This document shows positions 1 to 12,539 of a DNA stretch of 64,000 nucleotides, piece after piece. Source of the stretch: Octopus sinensis (taxonomy: Eukaryota). The DNA lies in the NCBI RefSeq assembly GCF_006345805.1, contig NC_043010.1:61504001-61568000 (forward strand), in the 5' to 3' direction. Position 1 is the first letter of the stretch, and each line of letters begins with the position of its first letter. The position numbers and the translations under genes were made by a program. The notes beneath the pieces were generated by a model. The model was not told the origin of the DNA and ran no database searches. It saw nothing but the letters and a program-made list of their open reading frames with translations.

Positions 1-275
1 CTCCACAGACACATGTACCCTTAACATAGTTCTCGGGGAGATTCAGCATGACACAGTGTGTGACAAGGTTGGCCCTTCGAAATACAGGTACAACAGAAAC
101 AGGAAGAGGGAGAGAAAGTTGTAGTGAAAGAAGTTTGCCATCACCCCCTGCTGGAACCTCGTGGAGCTTTAGGTGTTTGCACTCAATAAACACTCATAAT
201 ACCTGGTCTGGGAATCGAAATTGCGATCCTATGACCGTGAGTCCACTGCCCTATCGACTGGGCCATTGCGCCTCC
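1..275 (-). mobile_element. tRNA-derived SINE, family C (3' end runs off the window)
   Basis: Minus strand begins GGAGGCGCAATGGCCCAGTCGATAGGGCAGTGGACTC with A/B-box-like motifs; homologous heads at 29279 and 36179. Confidence 0.75.
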
Positions 276-1163
276 ACTAACACACTTCATATTTGAAAGG
301 ACACACCCCATGGTATCCCCGTCTGTTCCTTTTCTACACATCAATCCTTTCCACACTCCCAATACATCTATGCCTGTAATATACCTAAACAAATGCTTAT
401 AGACATATACTAGTGTACATATATGCTTACAGATAGGTTTATCATCATCATCATCATCATCATGCTGTTGCATTCTAGCATTTGTTGCATGCTTTGACTG
501 GATCTGATGGGACAAAGAACTGCGTCATGCTCCAACATTTGCTTTGACATGGTTTTAAATGGCTGGATGCCCTTCCAAACACCAGCTGCTCTACAGAGCA
601 AACTGGGTGCTTCTTCTTGTGCCATCAGCACTACAAATTTGAGTTTACCATGCAGCTTGCAAGACTATGAACCCCAAGACAGGTGGCTTTATACTACGAG
701 ATGAGGGGGTCAAAGTTGAACAGGTTCCTAGCTGTAGAGGAGCTACGTGGTTACTCATATTTTGAAAGAGAGGGTATGAGTGACTGGGTGGGGGTTGAAA
801 GAGATAGAAATGGTGGTGATGGGGTGTCTGGGTGTCCTTCAAAGTGAGTAGAAGTGAGTTGGGACAGAATGTAGGAGAGTGGGGATTCAAAACACAGACG
901 GGGCAGAGGGGATGACCAATGATGCAGGAATTTGGTTGGAGGGGAGTAGTAAAAACCCGCAAAAGGAGTAGGGAGGACAGCAGAACAATAATATGTGTGA
1001 ATGTGTGGATATGTTTCCAAGTAATCATCTTTTTGTCAGAATGCAAGGTATTTATAAAAATTTCAATCTTACAAAAGATCACCCCAAGTTTCTTTACTAG
1101 AAAGCTTCTTAGGTTTATATTTCGTTTTTGGTTTGCAAGATTCTTTATACAAGTTTGTGTGTT

Positions 1164-1796
1164 GAAGCATATTCTGTTGTGTCTGGGGAGAGTCATTTTC
1201 TTTTTGTGCCTTATAATTTAATACACTCACTGGTAAAATTTCCACTTATTTCTTATTTTTATTTTCTTAAAATTTTCGTTGCGTCTTACTCTTTACTCTC
1301 TCTTTTACTTGTTTCAGTCATTTGACTGTGGCCATGCTGTAGCACCGCCTTTAGTCAAGCAAATCAACCCCGGGACTTATTCTTTGTAAGCTCAGTACTT
1401 ATTCTATCGGTCTCTTTTTTTGCCGAACCGCTAAGTGACGGGGACATAAACACACCAGCATCGGTTGTCAAGCAATGCTAGGGGGACAAACACAGACACA
1501 CACACATACATATATATATATACATATATACGACGGGCTTCTTTCAGTTTCCGTCTACCAAATCCACTCACAAGGCTTTGGTCAGCCCGGAGCTATAGCA
1601 GAAGACACTTGCCCAAGGTGCCACGCAGTGGGACTGAACCTGGAACCATGTGGTTGGTAAGCAAGCTGCTTACCACACAGCCACTCCTGCACCTTGCAAA
1701 AATATTTTTAAAAAGTGGAAATTTTACAGGTGAGTGTGTTACATTATAAGGCACAAAAAGAAAATGACTCTCCCCAGACACAACAGAATATGCTTC
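1164..1796. repeat. 84-bp inverted-repeat pair (MITE-like) enclosing a SINE
   Basis: 1164-1247 is the near-exact reverse complement of 1713-1796. Confidence 0.75.
1286..1693 (-). mobile_element. tRNA-derived SINE, family A (CORE-like, internal microsatellite), full length
   Basis: Head GGTGCAGGAGTGGCTGTGTGGTAAG, CORE-like CCTTGGGCAAGTGTCTT, internal (TA/TG)n, tail ...ATGACTGAAACAAGTAAAAGAG; about 20 copies in the window. Confidence 0.9.
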
Positions 1797-2004
1797 TTAG
1801 GTTTACCTTTCCAAGATGAAAAATAAATAAAAGAAACCAGAAAACAAAAGAAATTGGTAATAGTTTTCTAAACTACCATATTTAGACCAGCTTAATGCAC
1901 TTTTGCTCCCCCTCTCTCTCTTAGATTCCTGACATCTGAACCTTGACTTCAAGGTCAAAGATATCAATACAGCATGTTTTGATAAACAGATAACAAAATC
2001 TTAC

Positions 2005-2119
2005 TTCATCACGAAAGGGAAATTAATTGATCACTAATGAATTTTTCATTGGCAGCTCCTCCTCCTCATTGAGTGACTCACTTCTCTTGCCAAAACAAAA
2101 ACAAACTTGAACCCGACAC
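2005..2119 (-). other. Candidate internal exon (115 nt, probably 5' UTR or non-coding)
   Basis: Acceptor TTCCATATTTTGACAG|G and donor GAA|GTAAGA; all three frames contain a stop; exon ends in ATGAA. Confidence 0.45.
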
Positions 2120-2705
2120 CTGTCAAAATATGGAACACTTACATATCTACATATACATACATATATATACACATATAGGTACATATACCTATATATGTAC
2201 ATATACATACATATATATATATACATATATACGACGGGCTTCTTTCAGTTTCCGTCTACCAAATCCACTCACAAGGCTTTGGTCAGCCCGGAGCTATAGC
2301 AGAAGACACTTGCCCAAGGTGCCACGCAGTGGGACTGAACCTGGAACCATGTGGTTGGTAAGCAAGCTGCTTACCACACAGCCACTCCTGCACCTTGCAA
2401 AAATATTTTTAAAAAGTGGAAATTTTACAGGTGAGTGTGTTACATTATAAGGCACAAAAAGAAAATGACTCTCCCCAGACACAACAGAATATGCTTCTTA
2501 GGTTTACCTTTCCAAGATGAAAAATAAATAAAAGAGACCAGAAAACAAAAGAAATTGGTAATAGTTTTCTAAACTACTATATTTAGACCAGCTTAATGCA
2601 CTTTTGCTCCCTCTCTCTCTCTTAGATTCCTGACATCTGAACCTTGACTTCAAGGTCAAAGATATCAATACAGCATGTTTTGATAAACAGATAACAAAAT
2701 CTTAC

Positions 2706-2820
2706 TTCATCACGAAAGGGAAATTAATTGATCACTAATGAATTTTTCATTGGCAGCTCCTCCTCCTCATTGAGTGACTCACTTCTCTTGCCAAAACAAA
2801 AACAAACTTGAACCCGACAC
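2706..2820 (-). other. Duplicate of the candidate exon at 2005-2119
   Basis: Same sequence and splice sites in the second 701-bp unit. Confidence 0.4.
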
Positions 2821-2889
2821 CTGTCAAAATATGGAACACTTACGTATCTACATATACATACATATATATACACATATAGGTACATATAC

Positions 2890-3292
2890 CTATATATGTA
2901 CATATACACACATATATATACACATACACACATATATATACACATACACACATATGTACATATATATATACACACACACATATGTACATATATATATACA
3001 CACACACATATGTACATATATATATATATACACACACACATATGTACATATATATATACACACACACATATGTACATATATATATACACACACACATATG
3101 TACATATATATATACACACACACATATGTACATATATATATACACACACACACACATATGTACATATATATATATATATACACACATATGTACATATATA
3201 TATATAAACACACACATATATGTACATATATATATATAAACACACACATATATGTACATATATATATACACACACATATATGTACATATATA
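2890..3292. repeat. Compound minisatellite (CA)n-TATGTACA-(TA)n, unit about 24-30 bp
   Basis: More than a dozen visible iterations of cacacacatatgtacatatatata. Confidence 0.9.
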
Positions 3293-3590
3293 TCATCATC
3301 ATCATTTAACGTCTGCTTTCCATGCTAGCATGGGTTGGACAATTTGACTGAGGACTGGCGAACTAGATGGCTGCACCATGCTCCAATCTGATCTGACAGA
3401 GTTTCTACAGCTCTTCCTAACGCCAACCACTTCGAGAGTGTAGTGGGTGCTTTTACATGTCACCGGCACCAGGGCCAGTCAGGTGGTACTGGCAACAGCC
3501 ACGCTCAAATGGTGCTTTTTATGTGCCACCTGCACAGGAGCCAGTCCAGCGGCACTGACAACGACCTCGCTCGAATGTTTTTTTTCACGT
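3293..3590 (-). mobile_element. RTE LINE 3' end with (GAT)n tail
   Basis: catcatcatttaacgtctgctttccatgctagcatgggttggac matches the 3' UTR of the ORF-bearing copies at 38.3 and 45.9 kb. Confidence 0.85.
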
Positions 3591-3699
3591 GCCTCTTTAG
3601 CATTCCAACTAGGGTATCCATGCACCTACAGCAAGATACCTTTGTACCTTTAATTTCTCAACTGGTGCAAAGCCAGCCCCACTTCAATACTACCCTGCT

Positions 3700-3993
3700 C
3701 CCAACTGAGGGGGTTTTGCTTTTTCTATCTTGCAAGGTACTTGGCAATCCTGTTGGCAATGGTACCCTATAAGAAGTACTGGTGCTTGTGCCATGTGAAA
3801 ACCACCAGGGCTGGTACCACATAAAAAGCACCCAGTACGTTTTGTGGGGTGGCTGGCTTTGAGAAGGGCACCCAGCCATTGAAACAATGCTAAAACAGAC
3901 AATTGGAGATCGGTGCAGCTCTCCAGTCTTGCCAGTCCCTGTCAAACTGTCCAACCCATGCCAGCATGGAAAACAGATGTTAAATGATGAAGA
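3700..3993 (+). mobile_element. RTE LINE 3' end
   Basis: ...ccaacccatgccagcatggaaaacagatgttaaatgatga. Confidence 0.75.
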
Positions 3994-4503
3994 TATAAAT
4001 TTATATCAAGAAATCAGAAACACTACATTTTAATTCAATAATTCAAACAAACAAAGCCATCAGGATCTGGATTTAAAAGCAAATTCAATTATCCCAATAA
4101 TGAATGCTCCCATCGAAGGAAAATACTAATATTAAAAATGAAAAGAGACCATTGTAAACATTTAGAAGCTTTTGTAAATGATTCTGATATGGGTTAATTA
4201 GAATGAATTAATTAAAAGCATTTAATAGGTCAGTTATCTGTGCTTAATAAAATTAATATTGATGATAATAATTCATTAATATTACTGATATTGATAATGA
4301 TGACAATTCAAGTGATTTGTAGACTGAAAAATATGATTAATAATCTCTGTATAAGTTACTCCAAAGTCTTTTCACCTGGATTTGGGTGTTTCCCTCTCAA
4401 AGTGCAAGTCAGTCTGAATATGTCCAGATATGAAACTAATTTACTTAAAGACCAAACAATACTGTTTTCAAAAGCCAAAATTAATAAAAGAACATGGAAC
4501 TGA

Positions 4504-4880
4504 AGAAAGCCATCGAGAAAAGAGGCACAGCAGCTGAAATTAGTTCAAGATGGCTATGTTTGATAAGGGACTACAAACGGAACCCTTCCAAAGGTGGAGA
4601 CTAGCTCAGTCCTCATGAGTGAGACCCTTATAACCCAGAGGTAGCTGATGATGCTATGGAAGGGTTTCCAGCATTGCAATGGGTTTAGAAGAGATTGCAA
4701 TTGGAACCATTCTGTAGGTGAAGACTAGCTCAGTCTTCACAGCTCCACTCAGGTGAAGCATAGACTAAGGGGTGAGATCCTTATAAATCTGAGGTAGATG
4801 ATGATGATAGGGAAGGGTTTCCAGCATTGCAATGGGTTTAGAAGAGATTGCAAAACCTCATGAGTAGCTCCTGCAGTTTC
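4504..4880 (+). mobile_element. 3' end of a HERO/RLE-type non-LTR element with internally duplicated 3' UTR
   Basis: KAIEKRGTAAEISSRWLCLIR resembles the conserved AExxSxWLWL C-terminus; 82-bp repeat at 4619-4700 and 4772-4853. Confidence 0.5.
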
Positions 4881-5282
4881 TGCCTGGGGACAAAGCATCT
4901 CCGATTTTTATTTCACCCAATGGTACATTGAAACCAACTGATGACAGTGAATGGACTACAACGATTGTTACTGAAGTGAATGAAAAAACAGAAAATGTGC
5001 ATTAACAGATCAAAGCGAACAGAACAATCACAAAAATTGACTTTTCATAAATAAACCTTTTGGTCTTAACAAATGCTAATGAATGCCGAAAAGAACTTGT
5101 AGTGCAGCTGCCATTGTACGAATTGCTATCGATAAAAACATTATCTGGAACGAACAATATGTGGGCCAAATCTAATGTTATCATCATCATCACTGGGACG
5201 AAAGGTGAAGAACATTTGAATAATTTGGAAGCAATATCTAAAGAGTTTCAAGATTAGAGCTTAAATTATCAAAGAACAGAAT

Positions 5283-5672
5283 ATTCTTTTATTCCTTTTA
5301 CTCTTTTATTTGTTTCAGTCATTTGACTGCAGCCATGCTGGAGCACCACCTTTAGTCGAGCAAATCAACCCCAGGACTTATTCTTTGTTAGCCTAGTACT
5401 TATTCTATCGGTCTCTTTTGACGAACTGCTAAGTTACGGGGACGTAAACACACCAGCATCAGTTGTCAAGTGATAGCGGGGGAACAAACACACAAACACA
5501 TTTATATACGATGGGCTTCTTTCAGTTTCCGTCTACCAAATCCACTCACAAAGCTTTGGTTGGCCTGAGGCTATAATAGAAGACACTTGCCCAAGATGCC
5601 ACGCAGTGGGACTGAACCCAGAACCATGTGGTTGGTAAGCAAGCTACTTACCACACAGCCACTCCAGCGCCT
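5283..5672 (-). mobile_element. SINE family A, full length
   Basis: Same head, CORE-like segment and tail as 1286-1693. Confidence 0.9.
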
Positions 5673-6459
5673 ATACTGCCAACAACCATTTAAAAAAATG
5701 CTGATGAAAATACAATACAAGTAGAGGAAGTTATAAATTTTAACAGTACAGAAGTAATTTGGTCTTTGGCATAATGACTCTCCAAAGACAATTACAAAGA
5801 AAACTTTTGAGTAAACTAGATGAAGGTCATTATGACATAAGTGGGATGAAATGTAATGTAGATATTGTTACTGGCTGAAAATGTTAATCTGATAGAGATA
5901 GATACAGTAGTAAAATTATGTCTGGCATGTCAATTAGATGCTAATGAAGCTGATAAAAAAATGTACTGAATGATCAAAAATATCTGGACCATGATAATGA
6001 ATATATATACTGATTAAAGCGGACCTTTTTAACATAAAATGAGGTTTACACACACACACACACACACACACACAAATTCCTGGTGACAGGACGGGCATCA
6101 GGCCATACGAAATCTGTTTCAACAAATTGTCCGACACATGCCAGCATGGAAAAGTGGATGTTAAAGTGATGATGGTCATGGTGACACAGACACGTAAACA
6201 CCCCACACCACATGCATAGGTGTATACACACACACACACACGCATCATGCACAACAGAGAGCTTTGCAGACTACCCTCAGTTGTATGGCAGCCCTGCTCT
6301 TTATTGGCGAGGTTTCTGTTGGTTGCAGTGAGTTTTGTGTAGATTTCAAGATAGAATTCTTCACATCTTTACAGATTTCAAAACCCAACCACACCAGTTT
6401 TTTATATTGACTGACCAGAACAAGGGGTCATCATAGAATTCCTTCTGTTATTTGTAGTT

Positions 6460-6885
6460 ACAACACTGCATGTCTCCCATTTCCCTCTTCGCAACAACAA
6501 ACCTGTCATTAGCAAAAATCTAGCAAAAATGTCACCTAAAATGTACAGCAAAATGGTTTGTCAAGCAGAATTTGAAACTATGGTAAAGATGGGGGTGGGA
6601 AGTTCAGTTTGGTGCAACAGTGAGCAGAAATTACATCATAGTTGTTATGTATTGCAAAATTCTTCAGACTCTGCAAATTTTGGTCTGGAAGAGAGAATTA
6701 CTTTGATGATGTGACAAATATTTGGGTAGGGTTTTTTTTGCCAGCTTGAAGAAATGAAAAAAGAAAAATCCTAACTGAGAGTGAGAGAAATATATTGGTG
6801 ACATATTGGAATAGATATTTTAGATATAAAATTTATATTGTAATAGATGGACAGATATATTGTTGAAATATTGAAATGTATATTC
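6460..6885 (+). repeat. Unclassified interspersed repeat (copy 1)
   Basis: Inverted homolog at 52510-52905; both translate ...VxQAEFETxVKMGxG. Confidence 0.7.
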
Positions 6886-7004
6886 TTTCAAGTTGTTCTG
6901 TAGACATTTTGTTGTAGGAGGACAAAACAGTGGACGGAAGATTTTACAATATTCTACATTCTCTGGATTGAGGGAACGGAAGAAATAATTTTATCATATT
7001 TTAT

Positions 7005-7745
7005 TCCATTTATCTTTTACTTGCTTCAGTCATTTGACTGCAGCCATGCTGGAGCATCGTCTTCAGAATTTTAGTTAAATGAATTGACCTCAGTACTCTT
7101 CATTTTAAAGGCTGGTACTTATTCTATCAATCTCTTTTGCCAAACCACTAAGTTACAGGGATGTAAACACACCAACACTGGTTGTTAAGTAGTATTGTGG
7201 GGACAAACACAGACACAAACACACATCATCATCATCATCAGTTGATGTCTGTTGTCCATGCTGGCATGGGTTGGATGGTTTGACCAGGGCTGGCAAGCTG
7301 GAAGGCTGCACCAAACTCCAGTCTAATTCAGAATGGTTTCTACAGCTGGATGCCCTTCCTAATGCCAACCACTCCGAGAGTGTGATGACTGTTTTAACAT
7401 GCCACTGGCACAGGTGCCATTTGCATGACACCAGTATGTGCCGCAACTGCAATCTTACTTGGCTTGATGGGTTTTCTTAAGCATGACATAAAGCCAAAGG
7501 TCTCGGTCATTGCTTCCATAAGGCCCAACATTCAAACGGCGCTTTTTACATGCCACTGGCACAGATGCCAGTGGCATGATACCAACAGGTTTCTTTCGGT
7601 TTTCATCTGTCACATCAATTCACAAGGCTTTGGCCAGCTCAAGGATATAATACAAGGAACCTGCCTAAGGTGGCAAACAGTGAGACTGAACCCAGATCCA
7701 TGTGGTGAGGAAACAAACTTCTTACCACAGAGCCACTCCTGCGCC
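7005..7745 (-). mobile_element. SINE family A split by an RTE 3' end (7224-7585) inserted in its internal microsatellite
   Basis: Tail half 7005-7223, then (CAT)n-RTE, then head half 7587-7745. Confidence 0.8.
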
Positions 7746-8069
7746 TATATATCAATTATGTGAAATACAATTTAAATTAGATATAAATTATACAATTAAT
7801 TGGTTATTATATGCCATACCATATCTCACATCGTAGCACAGAGTTTTGGAAGAGCAAATGTGATAATGAGAAGGTGGGAGAGAGGAAGCCTAATCTCAGG
7901 ACGTTGAACTTTAAGGAGGAAAATAAGGAAAAGATTGCAACATGTGGTGATATGCTGTAATGAAGAAGACACACCACCACCAGGAGCAATCCAGGCTTTA
8001 TAAAAATAAACCAGAGTAAAATGATGAGGTTCACTGTGTACATATGACATTACAGTGTAGCCATGTACG

Positions 8070-8070
8070 A

Positions 8071-8117
<47 letters not shown>

Positions 8118-8345
8118 TATATACACACATATATATACATATATACACACATATATATACATATATACACACATATATATACACACATATATATACATAT
8201 ATACACACATATATATACACACATATATATACATATATACACACATATATATGCATATATACACACATATATATATACATATATACACATACAGGACATG
8301 GCATATCTATATGCATGACATGCACTGAACACGTGCACATACATG

Positions 8346-8383
<38 letters not shown>

Positions 8384-8415
8384 GTGTGTATGTGTATATA
8401 TATGATATGTATGTA
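8070..8415. repeat. (TA)n/(CA)n compound microsatellite
   Basis: Seen directly in sequence. Confidence 0.95.
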
Positions 8416-9124
8416 GTGCAGCTATTGATTCTAGCAGACAGAGACATCAACTATAATTTGTTTAACTGACCTTTCATTCCCCACCCAGCCACAATCCACC
8501 TCACCCCCATCACTTAACAATTTTAACCAAATTATAGACCATTTACGTAATTTTAACATCTCATCTTATTGCCAAATATTTGGGAAAAACTTTCTAATCT
8601 TTCTCTTCCTCTCTCTCTCCCTTTCCTTGTCTCTCTATCTCCATCTTTTTTTTCTTCCTTTCTCAGCCTCCATAACTTTTTTGCCTGTTAATGTTTTTTC
8701 CCTCCATTTTCAATTCTCACTGCTAGTGTGTATGCGTGTGTCTTTCTCTGCATGTGTATGTGTGCACACACACACACACACACGGATGCATCTCTCTCTG
8801 TCTCACTGCATGTGTTTGTGTATCCTCTGTTGCTTCTCTATGTTGGTCTCTCCCCCTCTGTCTGCCTATCTGTTTCCTCTTTCCCCTTCTTTGTATGTCT
8901 TCTGTGTCTGTCTATATTTCGCTTTCACCCTTTCCTCACCTCATACACTGCATTATTGACTAAACAGATGTCAATATTACAACATTCTAAGACTGTCTGT
9001 AGAACACAAAGGCATCACAATATGGTCTGTTAGTTCTTTCATGGTCATAGTTTATATGATCGTGACATAACATTCTATGTGTGTCATATATATATATATA
9101 TATATAATATATATATATATCTAA

Positions 9125-9496
9125 TCTCTCTCTATATAAACGGCAGTTTGTCTGTGTGTGTTTCTGTGTGTCTGTTTGCTTGTACCCTCACCCTGACCAC
9201 GGCTTTCAACCGATTCTGATGAAACTTGACACACACATAGCCCAATGTCATAATTCAAAACTAACGCAGCGAAAATTTTGAAAAGTTCCCCCAGTTCTGA
9301 AAAAAATCGATAAATTCGACATGGGGTCAAGAATCAGAAACACAAACCACAGACTGTCTAGGGGATGCAACTCGACCTTTTTAACTAAAAAAAATATTTA
9401 CCATCATTTTTTTTCCATTTTTTGGCTATAACTCTCTAAAAATGCGTTATAGTTATTTCCCTTACAAACCCGAGCAACGCCGGGCGATACTGGTAG
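9125..9496 (+). mobile_element. Non-autonomous Helitron
   Basis: 5' TCTCTCTATATAAA, 3' hairpin CCCGAGCAACGCCGGG followed by ..GTAG|T (CTAG in sibling copies). Confidence 0.7.
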
Positions 9497-10019
9497 TATA
9501 GGATAAAATTTTTCTAAAAAAATTCTATCAATGGCCAGCATATTAAAAAATACCTTTAAAGGTTAAATTTATAAACAACTTATAAACAAGAGCAAAAGGA
9601 AAAAAATTATATATATATATATATGAAGAGAGAGAGAGAACTGGACAGACAGAGAGAACAGAAGTGGGTTGGTAGCCAAGGACTATGTGTCCTGCCACCA
9701 CCAACAAAACACTGCAGCTATAACTAAAATCCAATAAAGACATACTTAATGATGGTAAATATAATAAGGTGGACTAAAAGCAATTTTTAATTGATTGAAA
9801 TTATTTTCAAATGACATTAATTTAAACTCTCTGATCAGGAAATACATTCTAAGGTACATTTGCTTCTCAACCAAATGGTTTCAGGTTCAGTCTTAGTGCA
9901 TGACCCCTTGAGCAAGGGTCTTTGATCCCTGGTTGATCGATATTTTGTGAGCATTGACAGAAAGATGTATGAAACCCATTACAGGTATCGTCACCACCCC
10001 CATCATTTAGCATTCACTT

Positions 10020-10285
10020 TCTGGTGCCGGTGACACGTAAAAAGCACCATTTGAGCATGGTCGGTTCCAGTGCCACCTGACTGGCTCCCGTGTTGGTGAC
10101 ACATAAAAAGCACCCATTACACTCTCAGAGTGGTTGACATTAGGAAGGGCATCCAGCTGTAGAAACCTTGCCAGAACAGATTAGAGCCTGGTGCAGCCTC
10201 CTGGATTGCCAGTCCTCAGTCAAACCATCCAACCCATGCCAGCATGGAAAGTGGACGCTAAATGATGACGATGAGGATGATGATG
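10020..10285 (+). mobile_element. RTE LINE 3' end
   Basis: 3' UTR consensus plus GAT tail. Confidence 0.85.
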
Positions 10286-10289
10286 TGTG

Positions 10290-10662
10290 GGTATGACAGG
10301 TTGCTGCAGCTGGAGTGGGGGATTCTTCTAACCTAGAAGGGTCAGTGGACTGCATCTCACTTTTGAGTTTCATTTTTGGCTTTGCTCTTCCTAACACCAA
10401 ATATATGCACTTTGTATCGACTTGGCTTTCGAGTGATACCATCCTGAAGGTTAGGTGAGCAGACCAACATTCCACCTCCCCCTCCCCCGCACGTTTGGAA
10501 GGCTTGTCCGTCACAAGTTGACCCATTTACAGCTGGGTGGACTGGAGCAACATGAAATGAAGGGTTTTGCTCAAGAACACAATGTGCCACTCAGTCTGGG
10601 AATCAAATCCATGAACTGGCGATCGTGAGGACAAAACCCTAACCGCTAGGCCACACGTCTTC
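10290..10662 (-). mobile_element. tRNA-derived SINE, family D-like
   Basis: Minus head GTGTGGCCTAGCGGTTAGGG then TTGAGCAAAACCCTTCATTTCATGTTGCTCCAGTCCACCCAGCTG, shared with 29418 and 53294. Confidence 0.65.
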
Positions 10663-11740
10663 ACCTATATCTGTTATGTGCAAAAGAAGTAGCATCAGAT
10701 TAAAACAGCCATCTGTGTATCATGCTTAATGTAGATACACCCTGAAAATCCAAATAAACTGTGGTATTTGTCTGAAGAAAGTAATCTCTTTCAGATGTGT
10801 TAAATAACACAAATACATCAACAACAAATAAAAATTCCCCGGCAGTAGTGAGTGACATATTTCAAATAAGTTTGACTTGATTGCATGCGGATTAGAATCT
10901 CGTGGGTGAGTAGGATATGTCAGTCTCTTCAGAGGTCAGGAGTATTTGAGTTAAAGTGTTTTATACACACACAAACACTGTAAAGTGGTTAGCCTTAGAA
11001 AGAGCATCCTGCTGTAGAAACCCTGCCAAAACAAGGATTGGTACAGTCTTCTGACTTGCTGGTTCCTGTGGAACTGTCCAATCCATACCGGTATGGAAAA
11101 CATATTAAATAATGATAATGTGATAGGATACAATATGCATATATTGTAAAGTGGTTTGTGTTAGGAAGGGCATCCAGTTGTAGAAAACACACTAAAACAG
11201 CCTCTCAGCTGGTCAGCTTTTGTCAAACCGTCCAACTCATGCCAGCATGGGAAAAGAACGTGAGATGATGATGATGATGATGCCATAAATATTGAGCAAT
11301 GAGAATTAGTGGTCAACACTGCATTGGTAGATAAAAATTCTTTATTAGTGTATTAAGGCTACATACACACGTTTGTATGCATGTCTGGGATGTAAAACAT
11401 TCTTTACCACATTAAACTCACATCTATGCACAGATAGGGTCTTCATACATGTGCATAGGCTGACATCTCCTTCAAGCATGTTTGTGGTTTAATAGTTGTA
11501 GGACATTGGTCAACGATAGCAGAAAATATTTAGGGGTAGGTGGCCTTACTGGTCCTTTTGTGTAATCCTGAAATCCACCAACACCACCAGACTTCAAGCA
11601 GAGAAATCTCTTAGAGTTTTGGAAGTCTCAGCAGCAGTTTAGAGAAGTGTCATACACCAGTAAAATAGTTAGGTACTTTGATAAAATAACTAGACAGAGC
11701 AATGGAAGAGGAATGTACCTAAAAAAAAATAAATCTCTTA

Positions 11741-12127
11741 TCTCTTATATATATAAAGCTGAAGTTGTCTGAAGGTTTGGTAGCCTTCAACTAACACTAT
11801 CTCCTCCAAGACCCTGCGACGCAAGTTGACCAAAATTGAAAGTATGATAGAAGAAGGCTTGCTCTTCATTCTGCAGAAGATAAAATTCAAATCGGACCAT
11901 GTTAACACCAAAAATTATTTACATAAAAAAGGTGCTTTTTTTCTATGAAAATTCCTATTTTTTACGATTTTTTTTACTGCTGTGTTGCCATTTTTCGGTG
12001 TATTTCAACTAGAAAAATGTTCACTTAAAGAGAATAACAAGCTACATAATGCAAATTTTTTACTTTTCAAAGATTCCAATTCTAAAGGGTCGAAACAAAC
12101 CCGAGCAACGCCAGGTGATACTGCTAG
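11741..12127 (+). mobile_element. Non-autonomous Helitron
   Basis: 5' TCTCTTATATATATAAAG; 3' CCCGAGCAACGCCAGG...CTAG|T. Confidence 0.7.
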
Positions 12128-12539
12128 TATAACAATAAAGTGATTCGGTACTTCAATAAAAATTATCAATCTTACTGCAAAACCATGGATATAATGTACC
12201 AACTAAGGTACCCCATTGTGGCCACTAAACATGCTATAAATAGCAGCTAAACACTCCTCTTAAAAAAATAAAAAGAACTATGGGTATTGGATAATAGAGC
12301 TGTAGATATTCAATACCTCAACTAGAAGGGGAGGTCATTGTTGGAATGTCATTAGAAATATCAATCACAGCAGTCCTGGACTAGAAACAAATGAAAAATA
12401 CAACAGGATAGAAAGAGAGGGTGAAAACAAATACACACGCGCGCGCCAATATGGATAAGTATATCTTGTAATGTGTATGTGGATAGGGAATTTGCAGAGA
12501 CATTAGGGAGTTGTATAGGATATTGTATAGGAGGATATG

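Larger units (their letters stand above)
1504..2908 (+). repeat. Tandem duplication, 701-bp unit x2
   Basis: 1504-2204 recurs at 2205-2908 with about 4 substitutions; junction lies in an AC/AT microsatellite. Confidence 0.95.
4330..6030 (+). pseudogene. Highly decayed Ty3/Gypsy pol remnant, interrupted by younger insertions
   Basis: YSKVFSPGFGC (about 4360), RT-like IIITGTKGEEHLNNLEAI (about 5180), integrase Zn domain LLSKLDEGHYDISGMK...IDTVVKLCLACQ (5800-5934), degenerate PWxRIHID.xGPF (about 5990-6030). Confidence 0.7.

Noticed and set aside
1465-1749. Recurrent ORF ...RRASFSFRLPNPLTRLWSARSYSRRHLPKVPRSGTEPGTMWLV
   Set aside because: Antisense translation of the family A SINE; it recurs wherever the SINE does.
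2724-3328. Long ORFs rich in Y/I/H/T/C/V/M (also at 8.0, 15.0, 16.2, 27.7, 51.4 and 60.7 kb)
   Set aside because: Translations of (TA)n/(CA)n/(TACA)n microsatellites, which lack stop codons in some frames; no coding signal.
10795-10905. Possible plus-strand exon (TTTCAG|...GG|GTGAGT)
   Set aside because: Isolated splice-like sites with no supporting frame or partner exons; expected by chance in 64 kb.
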